Program-made: the position numbers and the translations under genes
Notes under the pieces: generated by a model
Told to the model about the DNA's origin: nothing
Databases searched by the model: none
What the model saw: only the letters and a program-made list of their open reading frames with translations
Source of the DNA: Thermoanaerobaculia bacterium
GTDB lineage: Bacteria > Acidobacteriota > Thermoanaerobaculia > UBA5066 > Gp7-AA6
DNA length: 64,000 nt
Assembly (NCBI GenBank): GCA_038239305.1
Contig: JBBSEW010000015.1
Location: 66-64,065 of the forward strand
Direction of reading: 5' to 3'
In this document: one piece after another, positions 46,148 through 55,755 of the stretch
Position numbering within the stretch: the first letter of the stretch is position 1
How the letters are laid out: every line of letters starts with the position of its first letter

Positions 46148-46612
46148 TCACACGCGCGCGTTCTGGGGCGGAAGCTCGACGAACTCGACCCAGTAGGTGC
46201 CGAGCGTCTTCATGAGGTCGACGAGGCGCTCGAACGTTACGGGCTTCACGACATAGGAATTCGCGCCGACGTCGTAACTCTTGAGGACGTCCCCCTCTGC
46301 CTTCGAAGTCGTCATGATCACGACGGGGATGTGGCGCAATTCGGGGTGCGACTTGATCTCCTTCAGCGCCTCGCGGCCATCTTTCCGCGGCATATTGAGG
46401 TCGAGGAGGATGATCCCGGGCCGAGGGGCGCTCGCCGGGTCGGCGTAGCGACCTTCGTGGAGGAGGTACTCCATCAGCTGCTCGCCATCCTCGACGAACC
46501 GGAGGTCGTTCACGACCCGGCTCAGGTCGAGGGCACGCCGGGTCAGCAGGCGATCATCCGGGTCGTCTTCGGCGATCAGAATCGTGATGGGTCGGGCGTT
46601 GATGGGGGTCAT
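46148..46612 (-). CDS. single-domain response regulator (CheY-like receiver)
   Basis: ATG at 46612 overlaps the kinase stop (ATGA). ILIAEDDPDD ... ILLDLNMPRKDG ... VVIMTTS ... KP. Confidence 0.9.
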   Translation of the reverse strand: MTPINARPITILIAEDDPDDRLLTRRALDLSRVVNDLRFVEDGEQLMEYLLHEGRYADPASAPRPGIILLDLNMPRKDGREALKEIKSHPELRHIPVVIMTTSKAEGDVLKSYDVGANSYVVKPVTFERLVDLMKTLGTYWVEFVELPPQNARV

Positions 46613-48072
46613 GGGATCTCTCCTCCTGTGGGTTGTTCTGGCAAGGGCTGCGGGTCGGGATGGCTCACGGGAAGCGACACGAGAAATGTGCTGCCTTCGC
46701 CGGGGATGCTCGCGGCGGTGATCTCTCCGCCGTGGCGCTCGACGATTCGCCGGCAGACGGCCAGGCCGATGCCGGTGCCTTCGTACTCCCGGCTGGCGTG
46801 CAGGCGCTGAAACGGCGTGAAGATCCGGTCGAGATACTTCGGATCGAAACCGATCCCGTTGTCCTCGACCCGGATTCGGCACGTGCTCGAGCCGTCCGGT
46901 CCGGCCTCGATGGCGGACGCGACCGTGACGACAGGCGGGACTCCCGGGCGCCGGAACTTCAGAGCATTGCCGATCAGATTCTGCATCAGCTGCCGCATCT
47001 GGAGCGAGTCGGCGTCGATCGTCGGAAGATCCCCCACGTGGACCCGCCCGTTCCCTTCCGCCACGCGGGTCTGGAGGTCCTCGAGGACTTCGCGCGCGAC
47101 GACCGAGAGATCGACCGGCTCAAGAGTCTCTCCGTGCGTCCCCACCCGGGAATAGTCGAGCAGCGCCCGAATCAGCGCATTCATGCGCCGGGCAGCCCCC
47201 TGCATCCGATCGACGAAATCCGCGCCCTCGGCGCCGAGCTTCGGCGCGAAGTCGCTCTTGAGAAGATCTCCGAACGCCTGGATCTTGCGGAGCGGTTCCT
47301 GGAGATCGTGGGACGCAACGAAGGCGAAATCCTGCAGCTCCCGATTGCTCCGGCCGAGCTCGGTGTTCGCGAGAGCGAGCTCGTTCGTCCGTTCCGTCAC
47401 GCGATCCTCGAGCTGGCTGTGCGATTCCTGGAGAGCCCGGCGCGCCGACTCGCGCGTCGCCATGTCGCGCGCGTTGAGCGCCCAGGCGAGCAGGACGAAC
47501 GTGATCGCGACGATGCTCGCGATGGAGATCGTCAGATAGAGGCTCCTCGCGCTCTGGCCCGCCGCCGATTCGCGCAATGCGAGGAGGCGTTCCTCCTCCC
47601 GGCTGAGGAACGGAAGGAAAGCGCGAACCGCGTCCATTTCGCTCTTCCCGCGGCCGGACGCCACGAACGCGCGAGCGTCGTCCAGGGCGCCGGCCCGGCG
47701 CAGCTCGACCGCTGCCCGCAGGCTCACGACGCGGCGTTCGACGAGAGCGCGAAGCTCGGGGATGCGCCGCTGTTGATCGAGGTTGTCACCCGTCAGACGC
47801 TCGAAGCGATCGATCTCCCCGTGCAACGCCGCGAGCGCCCGGTTGTAAGGCTCCAGGTACGACTCCAGGCCGGTGATGATGAAGCCGCGCTCGCCGGTCT
47901 CGGCGTCCGTCAGGCTCGACTGGATCCGCTGCACCGTGGAGAGGACCTGATACGTGTGGTCCACCCACCGATAGTTCCCCTGGAGGCTGCGTGCGGCGCG
48001 ATAGGACACGATGGCGTTCGCCGCCAGCGCGATAACCACCAGCAGAAAAACGAGCGCCCGGCGAGCCTTCAA
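46609..48072 (-). CDS. CHASE3-domain sensor histidine kinase
   Basis: TTG start after ggagg. N-terminal TM and CHASE3-like region (..WVDHTYQVL..ETGERGFIITG..). H-box FVASHDLQEPLRKI. HATPase N/G boxes. Confidence 0.9.
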   Translation of the reverse strand: MKARRALVFLLVVIALAANAIVSYRAARSLQGNYRWVDHTYQVLSTVQRIQSSLTDAETGERGFIITGLESYLEPYNRALAALHGEIDRFERLTGDNLDQQRRIPELRALVERRVVSLRAAVELRRAGALDDARAFVASGRGKSEMDAVRAFLPFLSREEERLLALRESAAGQSARSLYLTISIASIVAITFVLLAWALNARDMATRESARRALQESHSQLEDRVTERTNELALANTELGRSNRELQDFAFVASHDLQEPLRKIQAFGDLLKSDFAPKLGAEGADFVDRMQGAARRMNALIRALLDYSRVGTHGETLEPVDLSVVAREVLEDLQTRVAEGNGRVHVGDLPTIDADSLQMRQLMQNLIGNALKFRRPGVPPVVTVASAIEAGPDGSSTCRIRVEDNGIGFDPKYLDRIFTPFQRLHASREYEGTGIGLAVCRRIVERHGGEITAASIPGEGSTFLVSLPVSHPDPQPLPEQPTGGEIP

Positions 48073-48294
48073 TCGTGCCTCCGAAGTGACGGCGAACGGG
48101 ACGAGAGCATCTTAGTTCGTCGGGGCCGTTCGGCCCGGTCGGCTGTCCGCTTCCCGCCATCACCTGTCGGCTGTCGCTCCCGCCGGGCGAAAATGCGATC
48201 GTGGAGCGGACCGGGATGGGTTCCGATACCGTCCGCGGAGAACCCCCGCATCCTTCGTCCGGAATATGGAACTCGGTTCTGTTCTTCCTCTCCT

Positions 48295-48329
48295 CCGAAC
48301 CCCGAACCCCCAACCCCGAACCCCGAACG
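48295..48329. repeat. heptamer tandem repeat (CCGAACC) x5
   Basis: ccgaacc ccgaacc cccaacc ccgaacc ccgaacg. Gives C4-5 runs at 7-nt spacing, upstream of the kinase gene on the opposite strand. Confidence 0.9.
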
Positions 48330-48386
48330 GAGAACTGAGTCAGAACGGGATAAGGAACAACGGACAGCGGAGAGCCGCCTGCGCTC

Positions 48387-50057
48387 TTAAGCCCTCCGCT
48401 CCGCTCCCCCTCCCGTCCCGAACAGGAGAAACGACGCGGCGGACAAGAGGGCGAGGAGGACTCCGTAAGCGGCTCCGACTCCCGTCTCCGTCATGCGCAG
48501 GCTCGAGAGGATCTCGATCGAGATCGGGCGCGTGTCGAACGTGTAGAGGACGATCGAGACGACGAAGTCTCCGAGGGACGTGATGAAAGCGATGGCCGCT
48601 CCGGCGGCGAGCGCCGGCCGCAGGAGAGGGAGCGTGACGCGTAGAAGGCGGCGGGTCCGGGATGCTCCGAGAGATGCCGCCGCTTCCTCGAGCGCCGGGT
48701 CGAGCTGGCGCAGGCCCGCGAAGGCCGCGCGCCCCGTAAGGGGAAGGCTCCGCACGAGGTAGGCGAGCGGGAGGATCGCGGCGGTCCCGATCAGCACGAA
48801 CCGGCCGGCCCAGGGCGCCCGCACCGAGAACGTCGCCGCGAGGGCCACGGCGAAGACGGTTCCGGGGAGGGCCCACGGAATCGCGAGAAGGGATTCGAGC
48901 GTGCCCGCGAGCCGCGTGCGGCCGCGGACGGACGTCCAGGCGGCGGCGAAGCCGAGAGTGAGCGCTGCGGCCGTCGCCACCGCCGACATCCACAGGGAAT
49001 TGACGATCGGGCGCAACCGCTCCCTCTCCGAGAAAACGGCGGTCCAGTTCGAAAGAGACAGGACCGGCGGCAGCGCTTCGGAGTTCCACGTTCCCGCGGG
49101 AACGAAGGACACGAGCAGGAGCATGGCGTGGGGAAGAAGCAGGACCGTGGTGAAGACCCAGCCCGCGGCCGCGACGAGGGCGCCTCGTCGAAGCTTTCGT
49201 CGGGCAGGCGCCGCGCCGCGGATCGCGCCGGCCACCCCGCGCCGCTTCTCGGCCTTCTGCAGGAACACGAGACCGAGCAGGGCGATCGCGGCCAGCGCGA
49301 CCGTCTCCACCATCGACATTTCGGTGTCGTCGTTCAGCCGCGAGAAGACGATCTGTGTCGTCATGACCCGAAACGTTCCGCCGATGAGGTACGGCGCGGA
49401 AAAGGAAGAAAGCGACGTCATGAACGTGAGCAGCGCCGCTCCGACGAGCGCCGGCCGAAGGAGAGGGAGCGTGACCTTGCGCAGGATCCGCCCGGGCCCC
49501 GCGCCGAGAGCGGCGGCCGCTTCGATGAAGGCGGCGTCCAGGCGCGCGAGTCCCGCGCGCGTGAAAAGGTAGAAATACACGAACATCGTGTAGGCGTGGA
49601 CGAGAAGGATCGCTCCGGGCCCCGAAAGTCTCCAGGGCGGCTCGGAGGACCGCGTGACGGCGGAAACGGCGCGCGCCACGACTCCGCTTTCCCCGTACAG
49701 GAAGAGAAACGCCAGAACACCGACGAGGGGGGGAAGGACGACGGGAAGCGCGACGAGCGTCCCCAGGATCCGCCGGCCGGGGAAGTCCGCCGTCTCGAAG
49801 AGAAAGGCGAGCGGGATGCCGATCGCCGCCGAAAGCGCGACCGTCGCGAGCGAGATCCAGATGCTCGCCCAGAGCGCCTGCCACTCGTCGGGTCGGCGCG
49901 CGAAATCCGCGAAGTGCGAGAGCGTCCAGTGCGGATCGCCGAGAGCCTCCAGGAGCGTCAAGAGCAGGGGATAGCAGACGAGCCAGGCGAGCGTCAGCGT
50001 CAGGACGGCGGGCAGGAGCCGCGGGAACCGGAAAGGAGTACGTGAGGCCGTCGTCAC
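48387..50057 (-). CDS. ABC transporter permease, fused two-domain (iron(III)/thiamine-type, CysTW-like)
   Basis: GTG at 50057 overlaps the ATPase stop (GTGA). Two repeats of the 6-TM permease with EAA-like loops (..IEAAAALGAGPGRILRKVTLPLLRPAL.. and ..EEAAASLGASRTRRLLRVTLPLLRPAL..). Confidence 0.85.
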   Translation of the reverse strand: MTTASRTPFRFPRLLPAVLTLTLAWLVCYPLLLTLLEALGDPHWTLSHFADFARRPDEWQALWASIWISLATVALSAAIGIPLAFLFETADFPGRRILGTLVALPVVLPPLVGVLAFLFLYGESGVVARAVSAVTRSSEPPWRLSGPGAILLVHAYTMFVYFYLFTRAGLARLDAAFIEAAAALGAGPGRILRKVTLPLLRPALVGAALLTFMTSLSSFSAPYLIGGTFRVMTTQIVFSRLNDDTEMSMVETVALAAIALLGLVFLQKAEKRRGVAGAIRGAAPARRKLRRGALVAAAGWVFTTVLLLPHAMLLLVSFVPAGTWNSEALPPVLSLSNWTAVFSERERLRPIVNSLWMSAVATAAALTLGFAAAWTSVRGRTRLAGTLESLLAIPWALPGTVFAVALAATFSVRAPWAGRFVLIGTAAILPLAYLVRSLPLTGRAAFAGLRQLDPALEEAAASLGASRTRRLLRVTLPLLRPALAAGAAIAFITSLGDFVVSIVLYTFDTRPISIEILSSLRMTETGVGAAYGVLLALLSAASFLLFGTGGGAERRA

Positions 50058-51160
50058 GGCGCGGCCTTCCCGCCCTGCCTCGGATAGGCGCGGGGCCGCG
50101 CGGCTCCGGGCGCCGGCCGGATCCCGATGCGATCTCCCGGCTGAGCGAGCCCCGGAGCGCCGAGCGCCTCCGCCTCCCCCGCGCCGTCCAACGCCACGGT
50201 GTAAAAGGCCGCGTGGCCCGCGAAGCGCCGCTCGAGCACCGCGCCCGGGAGTGAACCGTCGGACAGGGGTGAGCCGGCGGCCGCGCCCGACCGCTCGAGA
50301 GCCAGGTCCTCCGGTCGCACCAGGAGATCGACCGGATCGCCGTCGGAAAACGCCGCTCCGTCCGAGCCGGCCTGGGCGTCCCACGCGACTCCGGGCGCGG
50401 GCTCGGCCCGGCCTCCGCGCCAGACGGCCGGAATCACGCTCGATCGGCCCACGAAACCCGCCACGAATCGCGTCGCGGGACGCGCGTACAGCTCCTCCGG
50501 CGTGCCGACCTGCTCGAGGCGCCCGGCCGACAGGACAGCGACGCGGTCTCCGAGGTCGAAGGCTTCCTCCTGCTCGTGGGTCACGAAGAGCGTGGTGATT
50601 CCGATGCGGCGGAGCACCCGCTTCAGCTCCCGCCGCGTGCGCTCGCGGAGGGTCGGGTCGAGGTTGGACAGAGGCTCGTCGAACAGGAGGACGCGAGGCC
50701 GCGGCGCGAGGGCGCGGGCGACCGCGACCCGCTGCTGCTGCCCCCCGGAGAGCTCCGTCACGCGGCGCGGCTCGAATCCGGAAAGATCGACCGACTCGAG
50801 CGTCTCGGCGACGCGCTCTCGGATCTGCGGCCGGGTGAGACTCTCCGCGGGCATCCCGAAGGCGACGTTCTCGCCCACCGTCATGTGCGGGAAGAGCGCG
50901 TAGTGCTGGAAGACCATGCCGAAGCGCCGCCGCTCGGGCGGCATGTGGGTGACGTCCTCCCCGTCGACGCGAATCCGTCCGGCGTCGGGCGTCTCGAATC
51001 CCGCCACGAGCCGCAGAACGGTCGTCTTCCCGCTGCCCGACGGGCCGAGCAGCGCCACGATCTCGCTCTTCCGCACGGAGAGCGAGAAGCCGCGCGTGAC
51101 GGCGAGCGTTCCGAAATGTTTCTCGAGCGATTCGAGCTCGAGGTATCCGCCGGCGGTCAT
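50054..51160 (-). CDS. ABC transporter ATP-binding protein (PotA/FbpC-like)
   Basis: Walker A GPSGSGKTT. LSGGQQQRVAVARAL. Walker B LLFDEPLS. C-terminal TOBE-like region. Confidence 0.9.
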   Translation of the reverse strand: MTAGGYLELESLEKHFGTLAVTRGFSLSVRKSEIVALLGPSGSGKTTVLRLVAGFETPDAGRIRVDGEDVTHMPPERRRFGMVFQHYALFPHMTVGENVAFGMPAESLTRPQIRERVAETLESVDLSGFEPRRVTELSGGQQQRVAVARALAPRPRVLLFDEPLSNLDPTLRERTRRELKRVLRRIGITTLFVTHEQEEAFDLGDRVAVLSAGRLEQVGTPEELYARPATRFVAGFVGRSSVIPAVWRGGRAEPAPGVAWDAQAGSDGAAFSDGDPVDLLVRPEDLALERSGAAAGSPLSDGSLPGAVLERRFAGHAAFYTVALDGAGEAEALGAPGLAQPGDRIGIRPAPGAARPRAYPRQGGKAAP

Positions 51161-51379
51161 ATGTGCGGGGAGCTTATCGGAGGGCGCCGCGAATGCGGAT
51201 TCACCGGGCCATCCGTCCGTCCCAACCGGGCGATGCCGAGCGAAGCAGGAGGAAGAGCGTGTCCGAGACGACCATGAAGAGCTTACCGGGTCTGCACGGA
51301 CAAATGCGCCCGCTCAGATCAGTGATTCCCATGCTCCGCGACAGAAGCGAGCCCGGCAGGAGCCGGTCTGCAGGGCGCC

Positions 51380-52435
51380 CTATTTCTCTCCGCGTCCCCG
51401 GACCTCCCGGTCCCACTTCGCCATCCAGGCCGATCCCTCGCGCTCGAGCAGATCCCAGTCGAGCTTTGCGACCACCATCTTTTTTTCGACGTCGCGCGCC
51501 CATTCCGGGAGCTCGGCGGGCGGGAGGTCGGTCCGGGCCGGCAGGCGAAACGCCCGCTCGGCGGCGAGCCGCTGCGCTTCGGGGCTGCCCGCCCACTCGA
51601 GGAAGGCGCGCGCCGCGTCGGGATGGCGGGCGCCCTGCACGAGACCAATCGAATCGTCGATCACGGGGGTGCCGCTCTTCGGAAAAACGTAGGCGAGTTC
51701 GCGGCTGTGGCGCATCTCGAGAAGAACGTCCGGCAGATCCCAGACGGTGATCAGCCCTTCCCGTCTGGCGATGCGCTGGATCAGGACCGAGGCGTTCATC
51801 TCGTACGATTTCGTCTGGGCGTCCAGGCGTTTCAACCAGGCAAATCCGTCCGCGGTCGAGCCCGTCTTTTCGATCGAGCGCGCGAGGATCATCCCGAAGA
51901 TCGCGCGCATCGTGCCGGAGGCGAGCGGGTACCGGATGATGACCTTGCCCTTCCACCGCGGGTCGAGCAGGTCGTCCCAGTCCTTCGGCGCGTCGGCCGC
52001 GGGCACGACGGACGAGTTGTACACGATGACGGCCGGTGTCCGATACGCGCCGAAGTAGAGGTCGTGCGGACCGCGCGCGTCCGCGGGTAGGGCGGCGGCC
52101 CAGGTGGGTCGGGAAGGCGCGAGCAGGCCCTCCCGGGCTCCCCGGGCGAAGATCGTGTCCGGGCCGCCGAACCAGAGGTCGGCCTGCGGGTTGGATTTTT
52201 CGGAGCGGATCCGGTCGTAGACCTCCTGCGAGCCCATGTCGAGCCAGCGCACGTCGACTTCCGGATGCGCTTTTTCGTACGTGGTCTCGAGCAGCATCAG
52301 GAGATCGCGCCCGTGCGGCGAGTAGAGAACGAGAGGCGTGCGCTTGTCGGCTCGGCAGCCAGACCAGAGCAGCGCCGTCAGAAGGAGTACCGCGGTCGCG
52401 AGCATGCGGGGGAACGCGCGCGCGACGGGCGTCAC
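51380..52435 (-). CDS. ABC transporter periplasmic substrate-binding lipoprotein (iron(III)/thiamine-type family 1 SBP)
   Basis: Signal and lipobox AVLLLTALLWSGC, then ..LVLYSPHG.. and ..ADLWFGG.. Start is GTG 52435 or ATG 52405. Confidence 0.8.
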   Translation of the reverse strand: MTPVARAFPRMLATAVLLLTALLWSGCRADKRTPLVLYSPHGRDLLMLLETTYEKAHPEVDVRWLDMGSQEVYDRIRSEKSNPQADLWFGGPDTIFARGAREGLLAPSRPTWAAALPADARGPHDLYFGAYRTPAVIVYNSSVVPAADAPKDWDDLLDPRWKGKVIIRYPLASGTMRAIFGMILARSIEKTGSTADGFAWLKRLDAQTKSYEMNASVLIQRIARREGLITVWDLPDVLLEMRHSRELAYVFPKSGTPVIDDSIGLVQGARHPDAARAFLEWAGSPEAQRLAAERAFRLPARTDLPPAELPEWARDVEKKMVVAKLDWDLLEREGSAWMAKWDREVRGRGEK

Positions 52436-52451
52436 TCCTGTTTTCCGCGCT

Positions 52452-55103
52452 TCAGCGGCCACGGGCATTCCACGCCAGGATGTTGGCGAAGAGACGGTAA
52501 GCGCCGGGCACTCCCGCGGGCAGCTCGCGGAAGAACGCGAGACCGGTGTACACATAGCGGCCCTTGCCGATCGTGCCGGCGAGAAGGGATCCGAGCTGCT
52601 CCGCCTCGCCGGGATCCGCCATCGAGAGAAGCGGCGTGTAAGCCGGCGACCACGCGTGCGCGAAGTAAATGCCGCGTTCCTGGACCCACCCGTCCCAGTC
52701 GTCCGGACCGATCCGGTTCGGCTGAAGAAAGATCGGATGCGTCGGCACCAGAATACGAACCGGGGCGGTCTCGTCCGTCGTGCGGTCGATCGGCCGCACG
52801 ATCTCGAGTTTCTCGGGCGCAAAGGCGCTCTCCGTGAAGCCCGTCTGCTGATACTGGACGACGAGAAGTCCTCCGGCGCGAACCCAGTCGAGAAGCCGGT
52901 TGTTCGCAATGGCGAGCGACGGCTCCGTCTCGTAGGCACGGGTTCCGAGGACGATGACGTCATAGCCGGAGAGATCGCCGTGCTCGAGGTCCCCGCCCGA
53001 AAGGAGACGGATGGGAACGCCGACGGCGGAGAGCGACTCCGGGACCCGATCCGAGGCGCCCCGCACGTAACCGACCGGCTTCAGACGCGGAAGCTTCAGA
53101 TCGAGGGAGGTCAGCGCGACGGAGGTGGCGCGTGGCCAGGTCGTTGGCCGGATGTGCTCGTAATCGAGGATGCGCATGCCGGTCTCGAACCGTTCGCCGG
53201 AGTCGAGCACGGCCGAGACCGCCAGGGAGAAACGAGACGCGCTCGCTCCGCGGGCCGGCGGACGCAAGGACAGCTCGACCGAGGCGCGCTCCCCCTTCTT
53301 CGCGATGGAGAACGCTCGCGACTCGGCGGACCAGCCCGCCGGCGCCGCCAGCTCGACACGCCCGGAGATCGGCGCGGAGGAATTCGACAGCACGGTGACG
53401 CTGATGCGCGCCGGCTCGGAGGCCGGCACAGCGGACGGCCGGACGATGAGCGCCGGATCCACGAACACTTCCGCGCGGGGAACGGCCCGCAGAGGGCGGC
53501 GGATCTCGCCGAACGCCTCGTCGCGATACCGGAACGTGACCTCGCGGCGCAGCGTGATCCTCGACCCGCCGACGCGAAGAGTGAGAACGGCGGAGAGAGG
53601 CGGCGGCGCATACGGCTCGCCCCGGACGTTCGGAGGGACGCCGGTCCAGTCGTACATGTCGCCCGCCAAGGGATGCCGCAGGAAATAGGGCACGCTCGCC
53701 GGAGCATCCGCGGGAAGGGACGCCGACACTTTCCATTCCGCGAGCGCTCCCGGATCGATCGCTTTTCCCGCGGCCGGGGTGCCGACCGTCCATCCGTCCG
53801 CGCTCGCGAGCGCCGCGGTCTCGACCTCCATCGACGCTCCGCCTCCGTTGGCCACCTGAATGGTCACGGCCACGGCATCCCCCGGGGCCGGAGTCGCCGT
53901 ATCGGCGAGGGCGTCGACGGCGATGCCGGCGGCGATCCCGAGAGCGGATTCGGCGACGGAGATCTTTTCGACGAGCGTGAGCGCGGCGTTCGCGGCAGCG
54001 GCCGAGTCGCCCGAAACCGCCGCGCGGGCCGCGCGCAGATCCTCGAGGATCCGGGCGAGCGGAGCCACCAGGGTGGACGGGTCCGCCGCCGCGAGCCGGC
54101 CGCGCAGGTCGCGGACCGTGCTCACGACGCGGGCCAGGCGCGCCTCCGCGTCCCGCGGGCGGGCCGGATCCGTTGCCGGCACTCCGGACGCGAGCGCGGG
54201 GAGGTCGCCATCCGCTCCCGCGAAGAGGTCTTTCGCTTCGCGCCCGGCCGCGCCGTCGAGCCAGCCGGCTCGCGCCTCGTTCGGACCGATCGGCTGGAGC
54301 GCGCCGGTACCCTGCGAGCGATGGAGGCTGCGGCTCGCGACCGCGATCTGCTGGAAGGTCCGGCCGGTCAGGGGCTCGAGGCCTCCCGTCGGCAGAATCA
54401 CCGTCGTCTTTTCCCGATCGAGGAAGCGCGTGGTCTGCCAGAGCGACGCCGCCTGCCACGGCTTCAGTCCCTCCGCGGCGAGGCCCGGAAACGCCGCGGG
54501 ATCGGCTGCCAGCCGAAAGGCTTCCCGCGCGACGATCCCCGACGCCTGGTGCTGTCCGTGGCCGTCGCGCGGCGTGCCCGAGAAGATCGCGACGACGACC
54601 TGAGGCCGGAATCGCCGGATGATCCGCACCGCGTCCTCGAGAAGCGCCTGCTTGGGCCACAGGCGAAGCGTCTCGTCGAGGGACTTCGAGAATCCGAAGT
54701 CGTAGGCCCGGGTGAAGTACTGGCGGGCGCCGTCGAGGCGTCGGGCGGCCGCGAGCTCTTCGGTGCGGATCAGCCCGAGGCCGACGCCGAGCTCGTCGCC
54801 GATGAGATTCTGGCCGCCGTCGCCGCGCGTCAGCGAAAGGTACGCCGCTTCGCCTCCCATGCCGCGGGAAACGAGCGTGAGGAGCGCCGTGTCCTCATCG
54901 TCGGGATGGGCCGCAATGATGAGGAGGCGGCGGTTCGTCGCGAGCTTGCGGAGAAGCGGGTCGAGTGCGTCGAGACCGCCGGCGGACGGCGGAGGAAGCT
55001 CCGTTCCGGGCGGTTCCGCCGCGCTCATCGGGGAGACGACGAGGAGAGCGAGCCCGAGCCCGAGGGCGAGCCCGAGGGCGGCGACGAGGCGTCGGTCGAT
55101 CAC
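52452..55103 (-). CDS. secreted multidomain protein: PIG-L/LmbE-family deacetylase N-terminal domain plus C-terminal class-I glutamine-amidotransferase/ThuA-like domain
   Basis: GTG at 55103 gives the signal peptide MIDRRLVAALGLALGLGLALLVV. LLIIAAHPDDEDTALL ... TRGDGGQN (PIG-L). The C-terminus ..YDVIVLGTRAYE..LLDWVRAGGLLVVQYQQ.. resembles the GATase1-like fold. Confidence 0.8.
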   Translation of the reverse strand: MIDRRLVAALGLALGLGLALLVVSPMSAAEPPGTELPPPSAGGLDALDPLLRKLATNRRLLIIAAHPDDEDTALLTLVSRGMGGEAAYLSLTRGDGGQNLIGDELGVGLGLIRTEELAAARRLDGARQYFTRAYDFGFSKSLDETLRLWPKQALLEDAVRIIRRFRPQVVVAIFSGTPRDGHGQHQASGIVAREAFRLAADPAAFPGLAAEGLKPWQAASLWQTTRFLDREKTTVILPTGGLEPLTGRTFQQIAVASRSLHRSQGTGALQPIGPNEARAGWLDGAAGREAKDLFAGADGDLPALASGVPATDPARPRDAEARLARVVSTVRDLRGRLAAADPSTLVAPLARILEDLRAARAAVSGDSAAAANAALTLVEKISVAESALGIAAGIAVDALADTATPAPGDAVAVTIQVANGGGASMEVETAALASADGWTVGTPAAGKAIDPGALAEWKVSASLPADAPASVPYFLRHPLAGDMYDWTGVPPNVRGEPYAPPPLSAVLTLRVGGSRITLRREVTFRYRDEAFGEIRRPLRAVPRAEVFVDPALIVRPSAVPASEPARISVTVLSNSSAPISGRVELAAPAGWSAESRAFSIAKKGERASVELSLRPPARGASASRFSLAVSAVLDSGERFETGMRILDYEHIRPTTWPRATSVALTSLDLKLPRLKPVGYVRGASDRVPESLSAVGVPIRLLSGGDLEHGDLSGYDVIVLGTRAYETEPSLAIANNRLLDWVRAGGLLVVQYQQTGFTESAFAPEKLEIVRPIDRTTDETAPVRILVPTHPIFLQPNRIGPDDWDGWVQERGIYFAHAWSPAYTPLLSMADPGEAEQLGSLLAGTIGKGRYVYTGLAFFRELPAGVPGAYRLFANILAWNARGR

Positions 55104-55219
55104 GGCCGAAGAGTCTATGACGGGCGGCTCCGGGCTCCCGCCGCCGCTCGTCTCCCGTCGCTTCTCTCGAAGACCGGGAAGCGGAAGCTCACACCGGAGA
55201 GCCGGCGGCTCCCGTCGCC

Positions 55220-55690
55220 CTACTTCCGCTTCGACCGGATGAAGGGCGTCGAAGCCGCCGCGAGAGCCCCGACGAGAGCGGCGACGTACGACGCGCGCCG
55301 CTTCGGGTCGAGGTCCTTCCATTCCTTCATGACCTTCTTGACGGTGCTCTTCGACGCGACGCCGGCCCGGTTCCAGGCCCGCTTCGCGGATCGCACGCTC
55401 TCGCCGGAGAGGGACGAAATGCTCGCGCCGGCGCGGCTGGCCGATTTCGCGAACGACGAGAGCAGCGCTTCGAGCCCGTCGGCAGCCGGTGGGGAGGACG
55501 CGGCGCGCTTGCGGGATGCCGGCGTGCCCTTGCGGATCGCCGGGCGTGGTTTCGCCGTAGCCTTCGCTTTCGCCTTCGGGCTTGCCGCGGCCTTTCGCGC
55601 CGGCGCTTTGCGCGGTGATTTGCGGGCGGCGGCGGTTCGGGTCGTTTCCGGCGAGTCGGCCGACTTCGGGGATTCGGGGGTTTCTTCCAT
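55220..55690 (-). CDS. Lys/Ala/Pro-rich basic protein (histone H1-like low-complexity region) with a hydrophobic C-terminal segment
   Basis: ..AAARKSPRKAPARKAAASPKAKAKATAKPRPAIRKG.. The ATG at 55690 has a gaggtga RBS. An upstream ATG at 55741 is the alternative. C-terminal ..YVAALVGALAAASTPFIRSKRK. Confidence 0.6.
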   Translation of the reverse strand: MEETPESPKSADSPETTRTAAARKSPRKAPARKAAASPKAKAKATAKPRPAIRKGTPASRKRAASSPPAADGLEALLSSFAKSASRAGASISSLSGESVRSAKRAWNRAGVASKSTVKKVMKEWKDLDPKRRASYVAALVGALAAASTPFIRSKRK

Positions 55691-55755
55691 GGGTTTCACC
55701 TCATCGCGATTTCGGAGTGGATTGGGATCGGGAGTCTCCATCGTGACACAGCGCT

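Noticed and set aside
45967-46215. 82-aa plus-strand ORF in the spacer after the PQQ dehydrogenase gene
   Set aside because: It has poor codon bias, no RBS, and overlaps the 3' end of the response-regulator gene on the other strand.
51161-51379. Cobalamin or TPP riboswitch in the ABC-cluster gap
   Set aside because: Strings such as ggtgaatccg and gcagaccggc superficially recall B12-riboswitch elements. They occur in the wrong order and orientation, and the B12 box and TPP consensus are not matched. I cannot run a covariance model.
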